DNA from: Eledone cirrhosa
Lineage: Eukaryota
Assembly: GCA_964016885.1 (NCBI GenBank)
Contig: OZ024741.1
Span: 291,586,001-291,650,000, forward strand
Length of the DNA stretch: 64,000 bases
Direction of reading: 5' to 3'
Position numbers and translations under genes: made by a program. Positions 26,193 to 38,000 of this stretch are shown in pieces. Under the pieces are notes generated by a model that did not search any database, was not told the DNA's origin, and was given only the letters and a program-made list of their open reading frames with translations. Positions within the stretch are counted from its first letter, which is position 1. Every line of letters starts with the position of its first letter.

Positions 26193-28157
26193 TTTCATGC
26201 TTTCTCATGCTTTAGACTCTCTCGTATTAGGTTGTAAATCGAGCTACAAATATGTTTATTTGCTATGAAATCGATAATGATTTAAATTACATGTGCATAT
26301 AGATTTAAATGATTTACTATAAAGTATGTAAGAATCTAAATGTAAAAACTAATGTTTAGAGCTAGAAAAAATATAGACAGCTTTGAGAGGGTAATGAATC
26401 CTGTAGTATGTTCGTAATACTTTATTTCTCTCAACTATAAACTATATTGTAAATCTGCCTTTATTTATAACAAATGCATTGATGCCGGAAAATTTTATCT
26501 CGTTTCGTATAAATAATTAACTGTTTGGGGCGTGCGCCTCCGGAGAGAAACAAACCATTAAAAAAAATAAAAAAAAAACATTTCAATTTCATTACCTTAT
26601 AAAGTACAGGTTCTCTTCTTTCACACGTCTTTCACACTTCTTTGCGTCTCTGAAGAGAAAATAAACTTCTTTTATCTTTTTTAATATCTCTTCGAAAATC
26701 GTCTTCAATTTCTTTACCTTATTAATTACGGATTCATGTCTTCCTTTGGGACTTGCATCCTCCAAATCCGAGAATTATGCCCAGGCAATAATTTCATGTT
26801 ACCTGGTAACATTTAATTTAAAACGAGATATTAATTAAACGATTTGAATTATTTTATTTCGATTTCAATTGATTTAAATATTCATATGTATATATATATA
26901 TATATATATATAAAGATCCCGTTAAGGGTGATTCTTTGCTTAAACTTTAATCTGTTATTTTTATATATATATATATATATATAGTTTCACAGAGATGTAC
27001 CACATCCATAACTAGTGGTAAATATCCCATGCACTTGCTTCCAGCACAACCCAGCACATTCCCATTGAATCTACCTAACCTTAGTATAGACATGTAAGTA
27101 TATACGACAAATAATTTAAAAAATCATTTTTATTTTTACACCTGTGATAATCTGGTGATCAGATTTTCGGGTGTTCTTAAAGGCAAGGTCGGGTCGTCGA
27201 CGATTAAACCGGCAACCCCACCAAGATTACTTGGTGAGGAGGAGGATTTTGGACACCCTGCAGGACAAAAAACGAAACCTGATAAAGGGCGTAAGAACTC
27301 ATAAGAGTCAACGTCCATGTGAAAAAAAAAAGAAATCCTACGAAATCAATGGATGGCAGTAGTTCTAACTGCACGCATCGAAAGACTGGTGTAGTGGTTC
27401 TGAGAACAATGCGGTTTTGCAGATGATCAATGCGAATTGACAATGGAAAGACGGTCCCGCTTAAGTTAGATGAGAACTATTGACCTTCAGGAGAAGCAGC
27501 GACCCCTAATTGTATTCAGCAACCGAAACATATATGAAGTAAACCAAATGCAATGCTCCTAGGGGTAGCCCTGGTTCTTGCGAGTGTAAACTTGACCAGA
27601 TTAGATTTGATTAGATTAAAGGCCCCTAAAAATTATGTTGACTAACTTGTTTCGAATATGACAACCCTTCTCGCATACCCACCCTAACAAGGCTCCACGT
27701 GATTTGATGCGGGTATCAGGTACGGGCCTCTGGTGGGGGCTTCTGGTGTGATCTTTTGGTGTATGCCTCCGGAATGGACCTTTGGAGTGGGCCTCTCGTG
27801 CAGACCTCTGGATTTGTAAATATTCACTGTTGCTTTTATATGTTCTATCTGCTCTAGAAACAATGGAGTTAAGGAATATTTATATATATGTAGCTGCTAT
27901 TCTCTTTGTGTTACTGCTTTTGTTGTTCTGTGAATTGAGACTAATTCACAGTGTCCCTACATACGTACTATAAGAAATGTTCTTAAAGCCTTCTAAATCA
28001 AATAGCCAGTACAAACAGAAGTTATCGACAATTTTAATGTATCTATAGAAAAAATATTTGGTTCATCTATTGAAAGGTATACTTTCTTATTAAACATCAG
28101 TAAAACTACACAAAAGAAGTAAACTTATAACTATTTATTCAATTGTTATATGAGGAC

Positions 28158-28193
28158 TATTAAAATAAGCAGCAAGTAGACAGACATTCAATT
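28158..28193 (+). promoter_or_regulatory. Putative TATA-like box and initiator of copy B (conserved in copy C near 59116)
   Basis: TATTAAAATA about 30 nt upstream of tcaatt and about 60 nt upstream of the ATG. Confidence 0.4.
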
Positions 28194-28218
28194 GAGGTTT
28201 TTTTAAGCTGTTGAAATT

Positions 28219-28276
28219 ATGACGAACCATCTTTTACTTATATTTTTGTTCACTTTCGCAGTTACACGGAAATCAG
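28219..28276 (+). CDS. Secreted-protein family, copy B, exon 1 (signal peptide)
   Basis: MTNHLLLIFLFTFAVTRKS+G, donor gtatgt, phase 1. Confidence 0.8.
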
Positions 28277-28282
28277 GTATGT

Positions 28283-28398
<116 letters not shown>

Positions 28399-28799
28399 CC
28401 ATGTGGCTTTTTTAAAACTATGTATAAATACATATATTTATACATAGTTTTAAAAAAGCCGCATGGCTAAGTCTTTAGAATATGAATTTGAAATAGAGGT
28501 TGTAGAGAACAAAGACAATGGAAAAATTAACGGAAAGACGGACAGTTCGATATCCTCAGTCAACTTCTGCAAATTTGGGACAAAGTTGGGACATTTTTGT
28601 TTTACTTTTCTCTCCTTTAAATATTTCAATTTGGCTTAGGTGGTTGATGTCTTCTTGACCGCCATCTCACTTTGTTTGGCCTTTATAACCTATGTTTGTT
28701 CCTCTGGTCTTTATTTGGTCCATGGACCGCTTGCCAGCATAACTCGGATATTGCGTTTCGCTTTGTTTTCGATCATAGCCGAAATAATACGAATCTCAC

Positions 28800-28855
<56 letters not shown>

Positions 28856-29300
28856 AATATACAATGCCATGAGGATTTTTTTAAAGCTATGTATAAATAC
28901 ATATCTATATACATAGTTTTAAAAAAGCCGCATGGCTAAGTCTTTAGAATATGAATTTAAATAGAGGTTGTACAGAACAAAGACAATGGAAAAATTAATT
29001 GAAAGACAGACCGTTCCATATCTTTTTAGAATTTACTACGGTTTCTGTGAATTAAGGTTGATACGATTCCTTCCTGTGTTCATTGAGAGACACAGTTAGG
29101 ACATTTTTGTTTTACTTTTCTCTCCTTTCATTACTTCTTCTATGTCTAAGCATTCGGGCACCATTATCCCGCTCTTTGTCAGTTGACACATTTGTAATAC
29201 TTTTTCATCTATGCTTGTGTAATTCACCTAAAGTCATTACTTGTCCTACGCATGTCTACGTTTTTTGTAGCTCTCTATCTTAATTAATCTCATACATTAG

Positions 29301-29488
29301 GTGGTAACACAATAAATGACGAAAAAGCAGTGAGGGAAGTCCTTCATATGAATACCCCGGATCAAGTCGTTGAAAGACTTACAGATAAAACAGACCTTGG
29401 TGATAAGTTTGAAGTTAGGTTCGAACTAGCGGCCACTTTCGGAAAACTGCATTTTGAATCTTTAAAGATGATTGACGACAATTTGAAA
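29301..29488 (+). CDS. Copy B exon 2
   Basis: cattag acceptor, gtaagt donor, 188 nt completes phase 1: GGNTINDEKAVREVLHMNTPDQVVERLTDKTDLGDKFEVRFELAATFGKLHFESLKMIDDNLK. Confidence 0.85.
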
Positions 29489-30181
29489 GTAAGTCAAACA
29501 TTCGTAATACCATTATTCTCTCTCAGATATTTCCAGTTACTTATTATCACACTCGTATGATTGAAATGTATTAATTACTCTATTGTCTAGTAGTTCCCAA
29601 ATTTATCTTGTCACAGATTTCTTTTACTGTTTTCCACAATATCGTCGGACATTTGTTTATATTTTATCGACAATTCTCTCAATGAAATCTTGATAAAACT
29701 TTAATGAAACAAAAAATGTTTTAGAGAAAGAACTTATACATATATAAAAACATACACTAGAATTTTATTGATAATATCATTCCTCATTGTAATAAGCGCC
29801 TTCCATATTTTAATCGATATGTGTTTATGTGTGTATGTAAGCATGTCTAAATAGTTAAAAGGTTCGCTTCGCAATCATTAAGTCTCCGGTTTGATCGCCC
29901 TTCGTGCCAGCACTGTCAATGTGCATATACCATAGCTACAGGTCAATTCGCACCATATAAGTAATGTTGGATAGACAGACATCTTTTGGAAACATTGGAT
30001 TGACTGAGCTTTTAATTCAAAAAGCTGCAGTTGTCACATACTCTGTAATGCTGAATACACTTATCTGTGGAATGCTCTGGTACTTACACGTTGATTTCAT
30101 GAGTAGACTAGAAATGCCACCGTCGAAACCGACGGAAGTCCTTCGCTTGCATTTTTGTAAGTATATATTTCTACTTCACAG

Positions 30182-30373
30182 ATAATGGTTGCTGGAGCTA
30201 TAAGTAAGATCAACAACATGAATGTAACAACTTGGAATGGAATTTTGGATTCATTAGACGAAGTACCTTCTCTGGAGATGGTTGGTCAAAGAAGGAATTT
30301 AACAGATGAATATATGACACAATCCCAAAATAAAATCATTGATTATTATTCCAACACTGTTGACCATTTTTGG
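30182..30373 (+). CDS. Copy B exon 3
   Basis: cttcacag acceptor, gtaggt donor, 192 nt: IMVAGAISKINNMNVTTWNGILDSLDEVPSLEMVGQRRNLTDEYMTQSQNKIIDYYSNTVDHFW. Confidence 0.85.
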
Positions 30374-30522
30374 GTAGGTTAAATAAGACACCTTTTATTT
30401 CCTAAAATAACATGTTATATTTCATTGTTTCCAAAGTGTTTATCATCGGAGACACCATTTTTATAATAATGAATTTTTCCAGGGACACCTCGCCACATTA
30501 AAAGTGCACACACACAGAAACG

Positions 30523-30604
<82 letters not shown>

Positions 30605-30779
30605 GATAAATTATTTGAAACACACTGATGTAATTTCCTGCGGAAGAGAAAATATAAAGCATGTTCAGAAAGACTTTAATTCTAAATTACTAAATTAAAG
30701 CAATGAAAAAGTTAAATCCCAAATAGTATCCGAGATATGGTATTTTATAATCGGGGAGAGATTTTATGCTCACCCTATA

Positions 30780-30884
<105 letters not shown>

Positions 30885-31440
30885 GTATAGTGGTAGCTAT
30901 TGTGCTTCCGTAGGCGGTATGCCAAAAGTAGCACTCGATATTCATCAGAGTAGAGTGTAGATATTATCAAGAAAACGAAAAATCAGTGATGCATCTGGAC
31001 TTAGTTTATTTCGTGTTACAAATGTTTCGCCGGCATGTAGCTCGGTTCATATTTTATTTAGAGAGAGGGGGGGTGGAAAGGATGCATCCTTTCCATTCCC
31101 CACCCCCTCTCTAAATAAAATATGTTTCCCAATATCACACATCAATCTAAAACCACTTTTCATATGTTGATTTAAAACTGCACTATCCACAAGTGTTTTT
31201 TAGCCTTCATATCATGTTCTCCTGTTTTATCTGATGAAAACACAAATATTATTGCATGATGATGTTTGTTTTTGAAATGCGCATAATAAAATACATGGAA
31301 CTCCTTTAACCATCTTTTGATCTTATATTATGTATACTCCAGTCCTACAAACTGTAGAGTGCTTCTTATCCGATATCTGCATTGCTTTATTGTACTACAA
31401 TAAAACTCACCTCCTACATTATATATATATATATATATAT

Positions 31441-32020
31441 TTATTAAAATAACAGATTAAAGTTTAAGCAAAGAATCGCTGCTTTCACCATGAACGGGAT
31501 CTTCTGAAACTAACAAAGTCAATCTGTGAACGCAGAAGTGAATATTTCAAAAAACGTTGCAACCGGAGGAAGACAGGAAGACGATACTTTGAAACGTTCC
31601 CAGGCAAAGAACGGGAAAAAACGAATATATTACGTCATTATTTGGGGCGGTGAAAAACAATTACACGCAAAGACAGAACCACGTTTATGGTATAAAAGAA
31701 GTCGTAGACTAATATTCTCTTAGGTGGTTCATAGAGACGTTCTCTGGCAATGAACGGAAAAAAACGAAGATAATACGTCATATGTGGGGCGTGGAGAACA
31801 ATTGCATGCAAAGACAAAACCGCGTAAATGGTATAGCAGAAGTCGTAGACTAAAATTCTAACTTGTTAGTTTCAGAATATCCCGTTAAGTGTGAAAGCAG
31901 CGATTCTTTGCTTAAACTTTAATCTGTTATTTTAATAAAGATTTGCTCTACGGTTCTTATATATTTAATATATATTTATCCTTATCGAGCCCTCTTTGGA
32001 TTTTAGTCTTCAAATTTATT
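31441..32020. mobile_element. Non-coding element with inverted ends, each carrying a CAGAA(G/T)A hammerhead-like motif
   Basis: 31441-31516 is reverse complementary to 31863-31938; relatives near 25200-25390 and 57070-57300. Confidence 0.65.
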
Positions 32021-32023
32021 ATA

Positions 32024-32089
<66 letters not shown>

Positions 32090-32091
<2 letters not shown>

Positions 32092-34262
32092 AAACTTAGA
32101 CGGGAACAAAAACAGAGAGTCATTACAAATAAGAGTTTATTAGGTTCACGCTTTTGAGAGAGGGGGGCACGATGTTTCGGGCATAAGCCCTTCATCAGGA
32201 GAAAAGTGGGTAGGAAGAGAGTTCCGAGAGTGTGTGAGGGAGTGGTGGAAAGACATTTAGAAAAAAGGAGAGAGAGAAAGGGGAGGAAAACGATTGAAGA
32301 AGTACAAATAAAAATAAAAATAAAAATAAAAATAAACAAGTGGTGGAAGGGTGTGGGGCGTGTAGGGGTGGTGGCGGGTGGAGTTGGGAGAGGGAGGCAG
32401 GGGGTCCGAGCGGGGAGGACTGAAGGTGGTGTTTGTGTATGTGTGTATGTGTACGTGTGTGTGTGTATGTGAATGTGAGAGTTGGGGGAAGAACGAGGTT
32501 CCATGTTCAGGAAAAGGTGTGTGCGTGGGGTGGGGTGTAAGTCAGTGTGTGCGTTGTGTGGGGGAGGTGGGAGGAGGGCGTGTGGATTCCGGAGGCTGAG
32601 TGTGTATATGTGGGGGTGCGCACGTGTGTGTTTGTGTTTATACGTGGTGTGGATGTAGGTGGCGTGGTTCGAAAGAAAATGTGTGTTTGTTCGTGGGTAA
32701 GTTCCTAAGGTAGTTCCGTGGAATGTGCGAGATGCTGAATATTTTTCATGTTATAGAGAGGATAGCTGGAACGATGACTGGTGGTGTGGAATCCATTAGT
32801 TGTGGTGGTCAGAAGTGGAGAGATGTGGGGGCGCGCACAACAGGAAGTAGTCAGAGCGTCAAGGCACGGTGAATAGATAGCAGTAGAGGAGGATGACAGG
32901 TGGAGAAATGGTCTGTATGTGATGAGGACTGTGTGTCTGTCTGTACGGAGGTGCGATGGACAGGGAAGTGGATAGGTAGGTGTGAAAGGTGGGGGGAAGC
33001 TGGTGATGTGGGGGATGGGGTGTATATTAGTAGAGGTGTTAGTGGGATGTGTGTGTGTGAGGGGGTGTAGGTGGAGCGGGGATATTGAGAGGGAGAGAAA
33101 ATGTGTTGGGGGTGGATGGAGTGTAGTGTACTGGTGTGTGCGTGCGTGTTTGGATGAGTGTATGTGTGGTAGAGGGGGTGTTAGTGGGTGTTAGTATTAC
33201 TGGTGGGTGTGTGTGTGTGTGATGGTGTGTGTTCGTGTGCGTGGGGTCGTGGGGATGTTAGTGATATTAGTTGTTGGGTGGTCGGAGTGGATGTGTGGGT
33301 GAGGGTAAGTGGTGGTAGTAGGGTGTGTGGATAGTGTGAGTGCGTGTATATATGTACAGGTGGGGGGTGCGTGTTGGGGTGTTTGGGAGCGCGAGTGTTA
33401 GGGGGAGGGGTGTGGATGTTAGTATTGTTTGTTGGGGGGAGGGCCGGGGTGAGTTATTAGTAATCTTAGTTGTGGGGTGGGCCAAGTGGGTGGAGCGGTG
33501 AAAAGGAGTGTGTTAGTGGGGGATGTGTAGGGGGAAAGGTGGGCGGTCGAAGGCTAAAGGAAAAGGTGTGGGGAGTTCAGGCCGGGGTGTGTGTGGGTCT
33601 GTAGGGTGAAGATGGTGCGTTGTTCGACCGTGAGGCGGGTGGCGTGTGTTCCATGGCATTGGAGTAGGCCACAGACTGTGAGGTGGTGGGCGGAATGTCC
33701 AGGGGAGCCAAAATGGCGGGCGATGGGGGAACTCCCGCCGAGACGAATATCCCGGAGGTGTTCAATGAAACGGTCCGCCAGGTGACGTCCAGTTTGTCCG
33801 ACGTAGGTTGCGTTGCACTCCGTGCAGCGAAGTCCATAGACTAGGTTGCAGGAGGTGCAGCGGAAGGCCTGCCGGACAGAGAGAGAGTGGCCGTTGGGAC
33901 CCTGGAAGGTGGTGGTGTTGGTGATGTGGGGGCAGGTGTGGCAGCGTGGCCTGGAGCTGGGAGGGGAATCAGGTGGGGGGAACTGCGGACGAGGAGGGTG
34001 TGGACATTGCGTGCGCGTTTGAAGCAAGGGAGGGTGGGGAAGGGAAGATGGGAAAGGTGGTGCGGTCGGTCTGGAGGCGTCGGAAGAGGCGGAGGATGGT
34101 GCGGTGGAGGGGTGGTAGGTGATGGCGAAGGGGAGACGGTGGGTGGGTGTGCAGTGGCGTGGGGTGAGGGCGGTGGAGCGGTGGACAGCATAGGCGTGAG
34201 AGAAGGCGGTGTGGACGAGGGAGGGGGGAGGTAACCTCTCCGGATGAAATGGCTGACTAGGG
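32090..34262 (-). mobile_element. Penelope-like element 3' part: GIY-YIG endonuclease, long C/A-rich 3' region, terminal hammerhead remnant
   Basis: CHTC..FRCTSCNLVYGLRCTECNATYVGQTGRHLADRFIEH..ARHF..EQRTIFTLQT..PGLN; rc of 32165-32198 reads CTGATGA-agggc ttat gccc-GAAA. Confidence 0.85.
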
Positions 34263-34328
34263 ATATAAATATATATATATATAATATATATATATATAAT
34301 ATATATATATATATTATATATATATATG

Positions 34329-34533
34329 AAGGCGTGTGGCTGAGTGGTTAGAGAATTGGATTTGCAATCATGAGGTTGTGAGTTAGATTCCCAGAGCAGG
34401 CGATGCGTTATGTCCTTGAGCAAGACACGTTTCTCCTTCTACCCGGAGTTGCGACCGATAGATAGTATTAGCAACTGGAAAGACCAATGGAAACATTGTT
34501 TCCTCGGTCCGATCTGACGAAAGTCGATCGTTC

Positions 34534-34535
<2 letters not shown>
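34329..34535 (+). mobile_element. tRNA-derived SINE, family B (second copy 44294-44525)
   Basis: TGGCTGAGTGG A box; B box GAGTTCGATTCC in second copy; tgtccttgagcaagacac core. Confidence 0.8.
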
Positions 34536-34585
<50 letters not shown>

Positions 34586-35057
34586 AAATTTAGTGCAGCA
34601 TCATCGAAGCTTTGGTTGCAGCCAAGCTAAAGAATGCAATCTTAGTGTGCAGATAAGCACTCAATAGGGTATATTACCCTAGTGTTATAACATTACGTTT
34701 AGACAGCTTTGCAAATTGAAGATAGCGACCGATAGACGGGCCGCAGTGACCATAGCGACGAAAAAAACTGAAGTCAGGATAACAATTTGACTAACCTGGA
34801 CCATCGCGTCGACATCATACACAACACATGATATATACCATGTAATATACATCACATATAATATATAATATCTCCGCTAGGCTTCTGTAAATCCGAAATC
34901 GACAAAATCTACTTGCAGTGGTCTGCAAGTTAATGGTTTTTGGAAGATAGAACAAGGAATTTACTTCGTCAACAAGTTTCTCGTTCTCGTCCGCCCGGGT
35001 GTGAATGCTAGCAGTAAGCACTGCTAGAAAGCACATGGTTTTTATTATATATATATA

Positions 35058-38000
35058 CTAGCATTAAAGCCCGGCGTTACTCAGTAAGTTACCAAAGTTA
35101 GGTTGCACCACCCTTTTTATGGCAGCACTTGTTTGTCTGCCAGGCACTGGGTGAATGAATTGCAAACCTGCACTGCCGAAGCAGGAGCTGCGCTAGCAGT
35201 GACAATTGTAGTTTTGCCTATTGACATTATCTCTATGCAAAGAAGTGTTCAAATTTATTGATTCACAGTACTTGCGCAACACGTGCGTAGACGATGCCAG
35301 CCGAACAACAGAGCTGCGATGGAGTTGTTCTGCATGACATGTTTTAACGGGGGAGGGGTGGATTAGGGGAACCGCAAACAGGGGCCTGAAAACATTGTCG
35401 AATTATGACAACCAATAAGAGGAAGAGGGATCATTGTATGGTTGGTGCATCATGTACGTCGGACGTAGAAGATGAGCCTGCTGCTGTGCCGACGGAGGGA
35501 GGGAAATAGAGCTGAGCGGAGGCCAGGTGTTGGTGAAGTGTGAAGTAATTGCAGGGAACCGCCTAAAAATGTAAATCCCGTCATTAAAGCAATGTTCACC
35601 GTTTGAGAGTCGTACGGAGGTGAAATACTAACCTGTCCACGGTCCTCCGAGGCCCACCAAACGGGGGTTGGTGAGGAGAAACAGCTGATTTTTGGGTAGG
35701 GTCGGAGTTGCAATGAAGCTTTGTAACGCCGCGAGAATCAGCCTTTGTACGGCCGGTGGTGGGGAGTGTCCAGTGCACTGCAGTGAAAGTTAACCTACTT
35801 AGAAAGTACTTACGAAAAGACAAAAAATAAAAAAATTAAAAAGTTATAAAATTAGGAATCGAGGTAATCCTATAAAACCTCCTTGTACACAATGTTTTTT
35901 GTTTTTCCTTCCGGAACAAACGCGAAATCATCACTCTTGCTGCCGAAACGCAAGCAGCCAACGTAGAGCTGACTATGAGAGAAACACGGCTCCCCCAAAT
36001 GTATTCCCGCGACAGACAGTATTTGCCCCTGCGCTTTGTTAATTGACATTGCGAAACATGGCCTGACCGGGAACTGGGACCTCCGAAATGTGAAAGGTAG
36101 GTCTGCTCCTGATGGGAAAAGATGCATCCTCGGTATGAGCACAACCTTGCCCCGACCGCACCCTGTGATTATCGTGGCCTAAATTATATTGGGAGCTAAG
36201 GACTTAACGACCAAACGTGTGCCATTGCATTGTTTCGGCGGAACTAAATTTCGAATGAGCATTATAGGGGCACCAACTTTAAGTTTCAAAATGTGTGGGG
36301 GTAATCCGGGGGGGGGGGGGGGGCTCAAATGAATTGAGTACCTCTATTGAATAGTTGATGACGTCGTCCTCGGGGTAGGAGTTCTATCGATAGACTTATA
36401 TACGTAGCCATCCCCAGGAATGAGTTTTAGCAAATGATTATTAATATGGTTAACAGTTTTATTCCTCGGGGCCAGAATAGCCCTTTGGGCAAGCCAATCC
36501 ATATTCTGATAATTTGCTTGGAGATCTGGGAACACTGCATCCCTGAGATCAGAAGGCGTAATAACAACGATACAGAGTGAGTCGATGGCAATATTACCCT
36601 TTTCATCCCCGGACGTTTTGCCTTCGCCAAGTGCAAGGAAAGTGTGAGAAAATGCATCTGATGCGATATCACCTCGCATATGAGCACGCATGTTAGTGTG
36701 AAGTTTCAGAGTCTTCACCAGGATCCACAATGCAGATGACTTAAGACGCACGTACTGCATCAGCTCTAGTCCCCTTGGGTATAACGGGAAGCGTTTGCTT
36801 GAAGTCCCCTGAAAGAAGAAGTGTTATGCCTCCCATGGGAGACGTAGAATCTTTGATGTCTCTCAGAGTTCTATCTAGCGCCTCAAGAGCACCTCTGTGG
36901 GCCATCGGGCATTCGTCTCAAGCGATAAGCTTGCATCGTCTGAACACTTCTGCCTGATTGGAGCTCTTATTGATGTTGCAAGTGGGTGTCTCAGTCTAAG
37001 TCAAGCGGGAGCTTGAAATAGGAGTGAGCTGTCCTGCCGCCCGGCAACAAAGTAGCCGCAATTCCAGATGATGCCACAGCTAAGGCAATGCCTTCTGTTC
37101 GCCTAATCTCAGCTAATATTAATTGGGTGACAAAAGTTTTCCCAGTCCCCCCATGAGCGTCCAGGAAAAAATCTCCCCAGCTTTGCCCCGGACAGAATTA
37201 AGAACAGAGTTGTAAGCGAATTTCTGTTCTGGAAGGAGCTTTGGCTCATTCTCCGCTATGTAATGGGCAAGCTCGTCAACAGTATAAGATGTCTCACGCA
37301 ACAAATCCGAAGACAGAGTGTTTGCGCCTTCCCGGTTTGTTGAAGGTACGCCATACACTGCCAACGCACTACCGCACATATCGAGAACAGTATCTTCGAT
37401 TTCAAGCAGCACCCTGTTGTAAACGAGGTCACTCTACCCGACCTCCATCGATGGGTTTAGCAACTGAGCGTGACGCAGGAAATCTTCAGACATGTAATCG
37501 TTGTAGCTAAGCCATAAAGAGGCCGGATCACCCAAGTCGCACCATAGTAGAATAGCGAAAAGCGATCTTAGTCTTTTAGGAGATCTCAACAAAACGCCCT
37601 CTGCCATAGTGGCGCCCCATTGTGAATCACCCTTCAAAGGCCACGCCTAAAGCAGGCTTCCCGGAAAGTATCACATAATTCACCGTCAACAGTTCTTATG
37701 TCTCGAAAGCTTTGTGGGCCAAAAACCTCATGGAGGAGAATGCGCAGGTGAAAACACTCATGCTGGTTGGGAGGTACAGTGTACACTCTTCCTAGACAAC
37801 TGTCAAACTTGACACCAGGATGTCCTTCAACATCCTGACCTGACTTCCTACGCACCCAAGTGTTGTTTGACCAAACATAGTAGGACGGGACCTGAGGATA
37901 TGAAAGTGTTTTTGCAAATGTGTCAAGTTGGGAAAGCGTAAAAAAACCAGTCAAAGTTGTTTCTTTTGGATTGACCGCCAAATGAGCAGCAGTCTGTTCA

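Noticed and set aside
34329-34395. tRNA gene (also SINE family A heads)
   Set aside because: A and B boxes run into SINE bodies; no intact cloverleaf
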